Shown here: one piece after another, positions 26,786 through 43,405 of the stretch
Position numbering within the stretch: position 1 is the stretch's first letter
Layout of the letters: every line of letters begins with the position of its first letter
Source of the DNA: the human T2T-CHM13v2.0 reference genome, Homo sapiens
NCBI RefSeq assembly: GCF_009914755.1
Contig: NC_060930.1
Length of the DNA: 64,000 nt
Strand: one strand, 5' to 3'
The notes under the pieces: generated by a model
The model's database searches: none
What the model was told of the DNA's origin: nothing
The model's input: only the letters and a program-made list of their open reading frames with translations
Made by a program: the position numbers and the translations under genes

Positions 26786-27235
26786 GGCCATTCTTTGATG
26801 TTTCATACAAACCACTGTTTTAAGCAAACCACCTTGTTGTGCAATTGTGAGAGGAAAATGCAGAAGGAGATTGGCTGCAAATATTAAACCCAGCATAGTT
26901 AGGATTTATTTTCCTTTTGAATTTCAAGTTTGAAGCCTTGTCTTTGATTTGCATGGAAAAGAACCAGAAGGTGCTGAGGGGCTGTGGTTCCCAACAGGAT
27001 TCTGGGGCCTGCAGTTCTTTCCACGCAGCCTCAGAGCTGAGCTGGAAGCCAGGGGGCAGGCCCAGGACCATGTACAGAGGTGCACAAGTTAAGAGCACAA
27101 AGGTTGGCAAATGCAGATGAGTGTCCAGTTTAGGCAATTAATGAGGCTTTGGTTAAAGCTGTTCTAAAGCTTTAGCTGTAAATATACATAAAATAAAGCT
27201 ATTCTATAAAATTTAGCTAAAGCTATAGTTAAACT

Positions 27236-27360
27236 ATTCTAAAATTTATAGGGAACCAAAAAAAGAGCCCGAATAGCCAAAGCAAATCTAAGTAAAAGGA
27301 ACAAAGTTGGGCACATCACATTGCCCCAGTTCAACCTATACTATAAGACTATAGTAACCA
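27236..27360 (+). mobile_element. Isolated ~125-bp internal L1 ORF2 fragment
   Basis: attctaaaatttatagggaaccaaaaaaagagcccgaatagccaaagcaaatctaag...ctatagtaacca. Confidence 0.85.
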
Positions 27361-27839
27361 TTAAACTAAAGTCTCATTAAACTAACCATTAAACTACAGC
27401 CTTTTATAAGAAATCAATTTGATAAAAGGGAACAACATAAAAGTTTATCTCACTGAAAGCCTTGTGTAAGAATTCAGAAATTAGAATCAGAGGGAAAAAT
27501 TATATGCATTTAGCTAGTCAATGTCTTTTGATTCAGACAAATGTCAAGGAAATCTTTCTTCTTCCCTGCATATTTCACACTTATTTATGTTTTCCCAAAA
27601 ATTATTTTGGTGCAGTTTAACTATGACTATTGAATATATGTGACCTTTCTAATTATTAAATTGCTTTGGTAGAATAATTTTATACACTGATCTATGGCAT
27701 TTCTAATAATAAAAAGCAAGAAAATGCATAATAGCTAGATGTATGCTAGATTAGGAAAGAAATGTGAGAAAATATGTTTACAAAACACTGTTACTATAGT
27801 GCTGTGTCCTTAAATACATGTTGGTAGGAGAAGCATCAA

Positions 27840-28025
27840 GGAGTCCGCTAAGGTCACCTCCCAGGTTCCCCCATAAGACCTCACTCTCATGCAAGAATCT
27901 ATTAACTTGTGTTCTCCATTTTACTGTCAGGTCCTTGAGGGAGGGATTATGCCCATCCTGTGCCAAGAGCATCTAGTTTGTGGCACGTGGGAGCACTTAG
28001 CAAATATTTTGTTGAATGACTAAAT
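27840..28025 (+). mobile_element. L2 3' end
   Basis: tccttgagggagggatt...tggcacgtgggagcacttagcaaatattttgttgaatga. Confidence 0.7.
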
Positions 28026-30117
28026 AAGGCGTTTCATAGCTGGAAACTTCAGAAAAGGGCCATGTGCCCAGGCACAGAGGGACTGGTTACAGAAGAGGTG
28101 CCGTAGCAAATTAGGGTGATCCAGAAGCTTCTTCCCAGGAAAAGTCTTCTTGTCAGGGTGTCTTTTGGGATTGTATTCATATTGGAAGCCCTGGGGCAGC
28201 CAGGTTATTGTTCATCAGTTCTGAGCAACGTGGATATGCTCCATATGAACATGGAAGGATAAAAATAGCATCCTCCTGTGCTTGCTGCAAAAGGAGCACT
28301 CAAGACAAATGATAGGCCCACCAGGGATGGCTGAAAGGTGCCTGCATCTTTTAAACATCTACTGTGGATTTGAATGAAAATGCACATAATTATAGGATGA
28401 GAAATTTACTTTTGATCTGGGCTGGAAATAGAGTGTGACTCTGGTTGCGTGTATTTTTTCAGACAAACCCTGCTTGCAGGCATTCTGCATTTATCTGGGG
28501 TTTGCAGAACGTTTTTTTCCTCAAGGTTCGTCTGACTGCTCTTGATTTTTTCATCTTTTAATACTGAGCAGATCTAATTTCTGTACAATATTGCGTTCAT
28601 TACACTGAAAATTATGCTATATTTAATGATGCAAGTAAATTGAAAAGTATTGGCTAAAATCTGGAAACATTTCTCTCTTAAAATTGCTGTTTCCAAATGT
28701 CAACTGAATTTCTAGAATTCATTTAATGTCCCTTTGTCTAGGTTATGGGAGCATTTCCAAGGTGATTCTCAATGTACACTTTTAGCCTCACATGAATAGA
28801 AAAAAATCTTATTATGGTGTTTTAGAACACCAGCCCCTTAATTCTCCCCTACACTCAGAGCTACAGGATATAATAACCCAACCCCACAGATACAGAGGGG
28901 CCTGCCTGGCTTTAACCCCAGAAGACATCACGTCAGGTTCGGCAGAGAGCAATACAGAAGCACTTCTATAAAGGCTCTTTTGCAGCTTTCATGGCCAGTC
29001 AAGAGATGATAAAACAGAATGGGGAGGAAGTGGCACCCAACAGGGTGCAGCTCCTTCATCTGCATAGAATAAGCAGAGCCTATTTCTCATTCATGCGCCC
29101 ATGAAAATGGGTGTTTCTGATTGGAGAGCATCTCTTTTCCAGTGGTAATAAGGGGCCAGGACTCTCCCACACTGTCCCCCACCAACCACCTTCAGCACTG
29201 GCTTCCCAGATCTCTGTGCAGCACTGCACAAGCCAGGGAAGGGAAAGGGCACGCCAGCCTTGAGAGAAGTCGTGAGTCACTTCCTCCCTCCCATGGTGCT
29301 CTAGATGCCAGCCACATGGTCATGCATACTAACCCCAAAAGAGGCCGGCAGAGGTGGTTCATTTGGGTGAACCCCAAGTGAAATGGAAGTAAGTTTTATA
29401 AACAGCTATCTAGTCTCTAACCCATTCCAATAAGCCAGGAAATTATAAGTATAAAAAAGTTAAATCCTACATGACTGAAAGAAATGTATCCTATAAGATC
29501 ATCTGTTATAGGCTCTGTGCCTGTCTTTTTTTCTGCTTAGAAGCTGCTGTATCAAAATTACAGAAGGTCTCCAGGTACCTAGTGACACTCTTTGGGCATT
29601 CAAGAGCATAACTCACACCTTCCAAAGTTAGATTTTGATCATTTTGCACCTCCATGGATGGGTAGTGTCAAATTCAGGTTCTAACACAATCAACCTTTAA
29701 GATCATGCAGCTCTGTAGGACAGAGATAGCCATCCACAAGGGCTTGCTTCTGGATCTCAGGTGGCACCACTGCTTTCTGTTCTGCTAATGAGTAAAACTG
29801 GCTCCATACAAATACATATTAAATATGATTCACTGAAATATGAAAAATATATTTCAAAAAACAAATATTTAAATATTCGTTTTTTCATATATAAAGTTTA
29901 AATGATCAAAAATGACATCAATAATATAAAGACATTGGTAGTGCTTTACTTAATACGAAACTCTAAATCTTATCAGGACTGTGTGCAGGCTAATCTCAAT
30001 GATCTCAATTATTTTTCTTGTGCCTAGTTTTGTCACTCTAATTCCAAGTCTTGCTTTTGAAGTAATATAACAATTTTCTTATAAATTTGTTGGAAGTATC
30101 ATTTTACAACCCCCAAC

Positions 30118-30627
30118 TGGGGAGGGCAGGAAAATGCCCCCCAAACACATTCACATCCTAATCCTGGAGCCTGTGAACATGCCGTCCTACACAGCAAAAG
30201 GGACATGGCAGATGCGATTACGTTAACAGGTCTTGAGATGGGGTGATTAGCCTGGATTAGCCAGGTGGGCTCAACAGGAGCACAATCTCTAGTCCTTACA
30301 AAGAGGAGGCAAGGAGGTCTCAGTTAGAGAGAGGAGATGTAACGGTGGAGGCAGAGGTTGAGTGGTGTGCTTTGTAGATGGAGCAAGGGGACATGCCCCA
30401 AGGAATGCAGGCAGCTCCTGGAGGCCGAAAAGATAAGGAGACACATTCTCCCCTAAACCTCCAGAACCAGAACCAGCCTGAACCAGTGCAGCTCTGCTAC
30501 CACCTTGATGTCAGCCTGCGAGACCCATCTCAGACTTGTGACTTCAGAATTATCAGATACACTTGTGTTGTTTTAATATACTAAGTTTGGTGTAAGTTGT
30601 TACAGCAGCCATAGGAGATGAACCCCA
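30118..30627 (+). mobile_element. MLT1D-like MaLR solo LTR
   Basis: cacatcctaatcctggagcctgtgaa...gcaaaagggac...gtgttgttttaa...gttacagcagccatagga. Confidence 0.85.
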
Positions 30628-30697
30628 ACAGCTTCAAGCCAGCCTCTCTGAGCACCTCATGGCCTGGCTACCTTTTTAATTACTCTAGGTTACCATC

Positions 30698-31100
30698 TGT
30701 GGCAGACATTTTCAGTGGCCTTACCCAGCACACTTCTCCCTTTCCTCCAGGGGATAAAGATAGTGTTGTGCTAAACAAATCTGCGTTGCCAGCCATGTGG
30801 ATTGCATCAATTTGGAAGGAACTTTCAACTCAGTGGTGGAAAGGAGAGGGATTGTTTCTGAGAAGCTTTTCTACCTCTTGAGACAAAAGGAAAGTTTCGT
30901 CCCTTTTTTTGCTTCTGGATGTTGTCATGTCTAGCTGTGATTCCTGGAGCCCCTGCAACCATTCTGTGATTGGAAGGGGAGCTGCAGACCCTCTGCAGAC
31001 TACATGGGGAATGTCTCGGAGCAGAGGGTACTTGATGCCATTGCTGAACCACTCAGTCATCCAACCAGCTGTAGAGCTGCTCTAGGGACTTCCTGATTCT
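30698..31100 (+). mobile_element. Old MaLR LTR (MLT1J/K-like)
   Basis: tgtggcagac start; tgtgattcctggagc..tgcaaccattctgtga; tgatgccattgctgaaccact. Confidence 0.5.
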
Positions 31101-34100
31101 TGCTGCTGAACAAGCTGATTAATACAACTGCATAGGTACTTGTTGGGCATAGCTTTCAGGCCTTCCAGGAGTAAATGAGGAGCAGGAGAAAAGTAATTGT
31201 GAACAAGAGAGGGTGAAAGGAAAAAAGGTTCATATAAATCATAGATACCAGAAACTTCATACAATGAGGAGGAAAATTACTTCCAGTAACATCAATGAAA
31301 TAAACCTTTTTATCTATTTCATGGTTTGTATTTTTATATTTCCTTTTATATTCTGTTCTTTTTACTCCACTGAGTGAAGGAGATAAAGTCTTGTTCTGAT
31401 GTGAAATGTACCATCAGAGTCACAAGGGCATCACTGGCATATGAAACTATACCTGTGCCTTACCTGGGCAGGAAGGAGACTGTTTCACTCACCTTGTGGA
31501 TGAGCATGGCCAGTCCACTTCTATGATACATACATATGCATACCTTTTTATATGAGAAATAGATTTCTCTAGATATATAGAATTAGCCAAAATTCTATCG
31601 AGATACAGTAAGTTCCAACATAAAGTTTCTTCCAGCTTATGAGAGCTGATTGACACATCTCTTCCTAGTGATTTCAAGTTGGAGGCTTGAAATTTATACC
31701 ACAAAAATCAGCAGCTACCGCTCATCAGAGCTCCCCTTCCCAGAGCCAGTTGTTATGTCACAGGAAAGGGGTCCCCTTCAAGACCCCAAGAGAGGGTTCT
31801 TGGATCTCACACAAGAAAGAATTCAGGGTGAGTCCACAGTGCAAAACAAAAGTAAGTTTATTAAGAAAGTACAGGAATAAAAGAATGGCTACTCCATAGA
31901 CAGAGTAGCCCTGAGGGCTGCTTGTTGCCCATTTTTATGGTTATTTCTTGATGATATGGTATACAAGTGGTGGATTATTCATGCCTCCCCCTTTCAGACC
32001 ATATAGGGTAACTCCTGATGTTGCCATGGCATTTGTAAACTGTCGTGGCACTGGTGGGAATGTAGCAGTGAGGACGACCAGAGGTCACTTTCATCGCCAT
32101 CTTGGTTTTGGTAGGTTTTAGCCAGCTTCTTTACTGCAACCTGTTTTATCAGCAAGGTCTTTATGACTTGTATCTTGTGCTGACCTCCTATCTCATCCTG
32201 TGACTTAGAATGCCTGAACCATCTAGGAATGCAGCCCAGTAGCTTCTTCAAGCTGAATAGGCGCAATGATATTCCTGCCTAACTTCTAGGGTCTCTTGTG
32301 TTCAGGGTAGAGAGGAGCTCAGTCAGAAAGCATCAGTATGGCAAGGGCCATTCATGACTCTTGAGTTCCAATAAGAGGTGATATCTGGAAGATTAATAAG
32401 TACTCAGTTTAAGAAAATGTTGAGTAAGCTTATTCTGCATTCTTACTCAAAGAGTACAGCAGCAATATATTCTACAACAATAAAGCCAAATAAGTAAAAT
32501 TATCCCAAGTAAACTAAATTAGAAGGCTTTCCATGAACTAGGCAACTGTTGGAACCAAGCTGATAGGGGGTTGCTAGATCATTCCAGTACATGCCCAGAA
32601 TTAGAACACTGATTTAGATTTTTACATTACCCATCCCTCTTGTTTCTTCTGAGCAGCAGTCAGAGATCACTGGTTGGTTTGCAGGAATAAGCACGGTTAG
32701 CCTAAATTGCAAAAACAAACTTAAAAACAACTGATGAGACTAGAATCTAATAAGAAGTGTACCATAGTTCTTACAACATAACTTTTTTGTTTGCAGTTTC
32801 CCATTTTTACTAAAGACAAATCAGCAAGACAAATTTGCTTTATTATACTTGGCCTGATTATTTGTATAAAGTACAACAAGGAAAATTATTTTTTACATAA
32901 GCTCTTTTTAAATTGGCTTTGATGGAACTCTATTCCATAGAAGAAATCTTAGATAAGACTTTTTTAAAGCTGAGCCCAGCCATGGGTTTCTACCCTCAAA
33001 TACCTCTGAGTTGGGTAAGTTCCTTTTTCTGAGATCCCAAGATAACTTGGGGCTCCTGGACCTGTTAGAAAGTGACATTCTTTACTTACCACAGGTCAGA
33101 AACCTTATACAGGGACTGTATAATAGGCAAGGTATGAGGCCAGTTTTCCAAACAGCTTTTATTGGCTCTACAAGTCAAGTTTGACTCCTTAAACGAATGC
33201 AAACTATTCCAGTCAAAGCCCTGGTAAAATAACCAGTTTCTCCAATTGTGTCATGTTGCAAAGAAAACAGATTCTTATTGCACTTATGCAAATAACTGTA
33301 TTGCCATAAATTAAGAATATTCACAAATAGTTTCCAACTTCTGGAGAAATCAGATAGAGAGAAACAAATATGCTCCAGATTTTGTTTACAGGAGTATAGT
33401 TTACTTAATTGCTAAAAAGCTGTAAATAGCTCAAAAGTTTTCTTGACTCTGAAAAGCAAAACAAAGGATCAGCAGCATTTTAAGCAAAAAGTTAAAAAAT
33501 ATTACTTTAGACTTTCATTAGTTTAGTTCATGCAGTTAACTTCTGTTTGATATTCATGAACATTTCAGCTCTCTATGAGAGTTCTGAAAGTTTTTTCCTC
33601 TATTCTAATGTCATAATTTCCAAAGTTAGCAGAAACTTGCATTCAAGAGCACCTGTCAAAGCCCTATAGCTGATTACAAACCACCTTTGGAAGATGATCA
33701 AAATAAGACAATTGTTTGTGGATGACAAAAGATGTTAGAACAGCCACAGTCAAAAACACGATTAACAAAGAAATTTGGTTACCTTTGTGGCATACAATAA
33801 TTCAACACAATTATAATTATTACTGATAATGTACACTAAGTCATATCAGAATTATAAGAGTTTTTTATAATTTTAGAAGACATACCAATAACATTTATAC
33901 AAATACAGCCCAAAGAAAACCAATCATTTTATATTTGACAGTGCTTCCTGTGTGACTTTTATACCAAATAAGCCAAATGTCACTGTTGCATTAGTGCATT
34001 ATTGATGTCAGACCCAATTCTTAGTAAACCTTATAGATAAATATATCCAATCTTATTCAGTTTGACCATAAGGTAAGATTCTTATAAACCTTTTATAACC

Positions 34101-35990
34101 CTTTACAAATTTTTGTGAAAGAGCAGATCATAAGCAGGTTTTTGCTCTAAGAAAAACCTATTATGCTTTTATTCCAATGTTTAGTTTATGGAAAAGCTGA
34201 AAAATGCCACTTTAATTTTAGTCAATGCAGACTCTCTTACAATTAATTTTTCACAAACCTTCCATAACTTGCTTAAGCCTTCAGCTTCATCCTAACTTAA
34301 AACAATCCATTAATCCTTTAATCTAGGCCAAAAAAATTACATTTCCATGCCTTTTTATAATCTTTTACCAAAAACACATTTCACTTTTCTTATACACCTT
34401 GTGTATAGAACTGTGTCTTCACTAGTCTCAAATACATGTTATCCTGTTAACTCTTAGCAGCTTTTACTTTTGATGAAAAACCTGGTTAGTAAGCAATTTT
34501 ATTTATGTATTAGATGTGGGGCCTAGGACCCAGACAGAAGTGCAGATAAGGTCTGACTCTCTCCAGCGTTTAACTTCACATGTCTCAGGCCTTACCTAGA
34601 ATCTAATGCTCCAAAATAAATGGAACAGTTTTCAAAAGTCAAAGAAACAGTGTATAACCTTAAAGCATTTAGTAAACTTAATATTTGATCTGCATAATGT
34701 AGACCAAATATTTATAGTTCTGAAGATATTTTTATTTTATGAATAATCTTTAAAACTCTATTTCCCAAAGATTACTTAAGTCACATGAACTAAATAAAAG
34801 GCATTACACTTTTTACTTTTCTGACAAAATATTTGATTTAAGTGCTTATTATTAAACCAATTAATTAAAGCTCTTTCATTTATAAACATCATACACAGAA
34901 TACATATAAATACATAGAAAGATAAAAGATAGAGGACTCATTTTCCAAGCCAGGAATTGAATCCTGAACCCAGGCCACCATTGTGAAAAGAGAAAGCATG
35001 GCCACATGGTTACAAGGTCAAGCCCCCAAGGACATAGAAGACAAGAGGGAAACCTCATCCAGTGTTTTTTCAGGGACCTGTAGCAAAGTTTAGAACTGAC
35101 CAGTTTGCTGGGTCACCTTGAACAGCAGTCTTACAGGTGTCCTAAGCCCATGTTCTATCCCTAGGGACCCCTCATTATGACAGAACAATAAAGAAAGACA
35201 CATAAAGCACACCAGATTGGCTACAGCTTAAGACTAGCCTCACAAATCCTTTTTTCCATTAATCAAACTTTACAGAGGAGATAAACAGTGATTTTTACCA
35301 TTCATTCAACCAGTTTGCACAGAGAGAGAAACAGCGGAAAAGCATTGCCTGCAGCAGGGTGGGAAGGCAAGGCGCTCAGGGAGGCCAGAGAAAGACCCAC
35401 CCATTGCAGCAACATTGAAAAGTTCAGGCAGCTGCTTGTCAGTAGCAAAGGGATCTTTTCCAGCAGTCTCATCAGCTCTCAAGTTTCCCCTTTTAGGGAA
35501 GAAAAAGCTCCCCATGTCCCACAATCCCGTACATGCCTAATTCTGTCACTCACAGCTATTAGCAAAGAGCAAGGCAGATTATTCCAAAGAGAATAGCAGT
35601 TAACATCCTGTAGTACCAAACCCGTTCTTAGCTGAGAGGGACTTTAATGAGAGGGACTTTACCAAGAGGGGCCTCTAAACCCCTAAATCTTAGAAGGCAC
35701 TCTAACCCTCCTAAATTGGGCTTCTAACCCAAGGTTGGTCAAGCATCCGTGCCTTTTATGAAGAGGGGCCTCTAACCCACTCATTCTTAAGAGAGACTCT
35801 AACTCCCCTAAGTTGGGCCTCTAATTCAATCCCATTCTTTACCTGGCTATATGCACCCCACTTACCTGAAGGCCGCCAATCAGTGCCATAGTCTCTTTCC
35901 TTTGGGTTGGGGGATCTCCTCAGCATCGTCCCTTCCATGTTCACCAGAAAGATGTCACCAGACACCACCACTTACCTAGTTAGCCTTTGG

Positions 35991-36008
35991 GTCCCTTTGT
36001 GGTAGCCA
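35991..36008 (-). other. Primer-binding site, tRNA-Arg(TCG)-like
   Basis: Plus strand gtccctttgtggtagcca versus recalled tRNA-Arg 3' end GTCCCTTCGTGGTCGCCA (16/18); adjacent to the 5' LTR. Confidence 0.7.
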
Positions 36009-36478
36009 GAAAAATGTTACAGGGAAGGGGTCCTAATCCAGACCCCAAGAGAGGGTTCTTGGACCTCGCGCAAGAAAGAATTCAGAGTGAGTCCACAGTG
36101 CAAAGCAAAAGCAAGTTTATTAAGAAAGTAAAGGAATAAAGAATCGCTACTCCATTGACAGAGCAGCCGTGAGGGCTGTTGGTTGCCCATTTTTGTGGTT
36201 ATTTCTTGATGATATGCTAACAAGGCGTGGATTATTCATGCCTCCCCCTTTCAAACCATATAGGGTAACTTCCTGATGTTGCCATGGTACTTGTAAACTG
36301 TCATGGTGCTGGTGGGAGTGTAGCAGTGAGTATGACCAGAGGTCACTCTCATCGCCATCTTGGTTTTGGTGGGTTTTAGCCGGCTTCTTTACTGCAGTCT
36401 GTTTTATCAGCAAGGTGTTTATGACCTGTATCTTGTGTTGACCTTCTATCTCATCCCATGACTTAGAATGCCTTAACT

Positions 36479-37087
<609 letters not shown>

Positions 37088-38071
37088 AGAATGCCTTAAC
37101 CGCCTGGGAATGCAGCCCAGTAGGTCTCAGCCTCATTTTACCCAGCTCCTATTCAAGATGGAGTTGCTCTGGTTCAAACGCCTCTGACAGTTACACATTT
37201 GCCAGTACACCACTGGGAACAATGAAAGGAAATACTTGGTTTCTACTCTCATCGATGATTTTAACTTTAATAACTTTTGGTATTGCCTTATTTCTAATCA
37301 AAATGTAATGACATGACTAATATTTTAATTTGCTAAGTCAGTCTGCTCAGATCTGCTGAATTGATCTGCTCAAATTAATTGCTAATGCTAATAGTATGTT
37401 GCAAGACTGAAGGTTTAACCACTTGAAGCATGCAAACTTATTTTGTGGATTTTTAAAACTTATTTTATCTCTCTATATGTTAAAACTATATAGACTATCA
37501 GAAATTGGCATTAGGGAATTATTTAGCTCTCTCATTTTCCATAGTTCCAGGCCTTATAAAGAGCCACACTGTGAGTACAGACAGTACTGAATCTGACTCA
37601 CAGCCGCATTCTGGAAACTGCTAGGCTGCATATTGTGGATCATAACACATAACCCTGGAATGAGGCCAGATCTAATAAAACTAATAAGCTGCGCCTTGTT
37701 TGACACATTTCATGAACTGAAAGTGCAGGAGCCTAAATGAAATCAAAGGCCCCTTTCAGTTGGCAAAGAACAATGAGCCTAAATAAGTTAGGATTGATGA
37801 GTGGGCAATTCAATCACCTCCTGCCTTTGGGCGAGTCATTTTACCCTAAATGGGATGCTGGTTCTCACTTGTGAATCAAAAGGGGATTGAAATGAGGGAT
37901 TTAAAGTCACACAAAATGACTTGTTATCCCAGATGACTAAAGCCAGGAGGTCTGAAACCAACACTTGCTTGATGTGTTTTGCAGAAATTTCCACACACTA
38001 AAGTAGAGGACACTTGATCCAGAGAGGGTGGAGTGAATTAACTAAAGAGCAATTTATTTACTCTTTTATTT

Positions 38072-38160
38072 ATCCATCCATCCATCCATCCACCTATCCA
38101 TCCAGCTATCCATCCATCCATCCATCCATCCATCCATCCATCCATCCATCCATCCATTCA
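38072..38160. repeat. (TCCA)n microsatellite at the tail of an antisense L2 fragment (to ~38240)
   Basis: About 20 TCCA units followed by L2-like atgctaagttctggg. Confidence 0.9.
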
Positions 38161-39235
38161 CCCAGGTCTCTGTGACAGACCCTGAGCCATGCTAAGTTCT
38201 GGGCCAGATATAAAGCAGAAATAAAGAAAGATAGACCTAACGAGAGAGGCGAATTGTAAACAAGTGTGTGTGTGCATGCATGTGTGTACATGTGCCTATA
38301 TGTGGTGTTGGGAACAAATGCCTCAATGTGCAAAACACTGTAACCCTCTTTGTCATCCGTAACTGTTCTCTTCTTGCTTTGGAGATTGCATCTCCACTCA
38401 TGAAATCTGGGAGTGGCAGAAGAGAAGGAGGCATCTGAAGCCCGTCCGAGGGTCTCAGGGCTTCACTTCCCTTACTCCCTTCTCTCCCCAGTTGACATCA
38501 CCTGGGTGTCAGCAGACGCTTAGTTGGCTTCTGATGCAGAGCAGAGTGTCTGCAATCTGCCTCACGTTGTCCTCTCTTCTCACTCCTACAAATGTTCGGC
38601 TGAGCTCCAAGGTCCTCTTCACCTGGCCCTTGGCTGTGGGCCTCCTCATTGTATACCTTCTTGAGGTTGCCATGGTTAGAACCTGTCTTTGGTCTGTTCT
38701 CTTAGCATTCATAGCACCTGCTGACTGTTGCAGGTTTGTGGGTGCTGGCTGACTCCCAAAGCTCAGCTCACACCAGTGCTCCTGAGCTGCATCTGCCATC
38801 CTTTCCCTGGCTTTGAGCTGGTCACTGTCAGGCTCTGCTGTGACCTGAAACTTCTTCGGCCCATGCCCTGAGAAACAAAGTACAGCAGGGAACAACTATC
38901 CTCTCGCAACATACTCGGGCACCCCAGGATTTCCCTCAGTCGTCTCCGGTTACCTACAGCACAGTCGCATGTGCACATGCATGCACACACACACACAGTT
39001 TCCACCCTGGAGGGGAGGGTCTGGGACTGTACTGCTGGCCGCTTGCTCTCCACTCACCCTGTCTCTCCTGCCTCTGCTGCCCCTTCCTGTCTGGGAGGCA
39101 CTCCCTCCGGCTTCCCTACTCCAACTAGGAAGACAAAGGAAGATTTACTGAATAGGTAAATATTTGGGTACCCACTTAATGATTATTCATGTAATTATAA
39201 TATACTACTTCTAATGCTTTTATAGTAAAGTGGCA

Positions 39236-39452
39236 ATAATAATGATTAGCAAGTACCAGGCAGTGTTCTAGATGGTTTACATGAATTAACTAATACATTA
39301 TTTACCATAGGCAGCTGATGTATGTACTGTTATCATTTCCATTTTAATGAGGAGACTGAGGTGAGTTGCCCAAGGTCCTATCACTAATTTGTGGCAGAGG
39401 CTGGGGCAGGATTTGGACTTAGGCTCCAACATGTACACCTTAACCACTATTA
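39236..39452 (-). mobile_element. MIR SINE
   Basis: ccattttaatgaggagactgaggtgagttgcccaaggtc...ggcagaggctggggcaggatttg. Confidence 0.75.
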
Positions 39453-39499
39453 TGTGGAAAGGATGCAGTATGATTTCATAAAGAATAAAAAGATGAACA

Positions 39500-40075
39500 T
39501 CAAAATGGAAAAACTGGAGAAGTACTCCAGGCATACAGAAGAGCAGGACACATCTAGCAAATATTTGGTGTATTTGGAACTGAAGATGTGAGGGTGAAAT
39601 GTTAGAATGTGAAGCTGGAAAGAAAATGGGGACAGATTCTGGAAAACGGAGTACAACACAGTGAAGCGTTGAGGATAGACCCTGCACACAGCCAGTGAAG
39701 GGCCTTTGGTAGATGAGTGACATGGACAAAGTATTTTTAGAAGGGAGTGTCTGGCTGCAACCTGAAGAATGAGCCAGAGAGGAGAGAGACTGCTATCCAG
39801 AGGTCATTTGAGAACTGGCTCATTGGTTAATTAAGTCAACAAATATGAGGTGGCCTCTGTCTCATGAATTGGTATGAAATGTTATAGAGCAAAAAAGAAT
39901 GGATGGAATATGCCATCCAGGGCTCACAAGTTAGTGAGGGTGACAGAATATAAACAAATACATAAGCATAATAAATGCCCTCATAGATCTCTACGCAACA
40001 GGCATTGCTGTTACAGAGGGTTTAATTCTCCCTAGAGAGGACAGGAAGGGCTCTCTGAGCTGGGTGCAAAGGCAT
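39500..40075 (-). mobile_element. L2 fragments
   Basis: Purine-rich L2-like motifs (ttttagaagggagtgtctggctgca; catccagggctcacaagttagtgaggg). Confidence 0.5.
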
Positions 40076-40227
40076 ATCCTATGGGAATAGGAAACACATA
40101 GAACACAGTTACATGACTTTAGGTTTACAATTCCATAAAATTGTGTGTTTCAGGTGCCTGTTATACTACTAGTCCTGAATAGAAATGAAATATTTTATGA
40201 GTTTGCATATAAAATATCCTAGTTAAC

Positions 40228-42914
<2,687 letters not shown>

Positions 42915-43097
42915 TTGACCATGTTCATTGTGCAATGAAATGGGTATTCAGCAACCATATACTCGAGTATTTTATTAACTCCCAAACGAAGACAGAATAA
43001 TCCACATATTCAGCAGCTTGATTAAGACTCATAGGAGGCAGGGGATTTTAAGTAGCAAATCAAGCACTGCCCTGTCTTCACAGACATGCAAACATAT

Positions 43098-43405
<308 letters not shown>

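Noticed and set aside
15327-26887. ORFs with reverse-transcriptase/ORF2p similarity
   Set aside because: Frameshifted fragments of dead L1 copies; not a functional RT system.
32243-35990. Possible gag/pol/env coding capacity in the provirus
   Set aside because: The ORF track shows nothing over ~100 aa and I see no recognisable retroviral protein motifs.
35991-36008. tRNA-like 3' end (...GCCA)
   Set aside because: Only 18 nt, adjacent to an LTR; a primer-binding site, not a tRNA gene.
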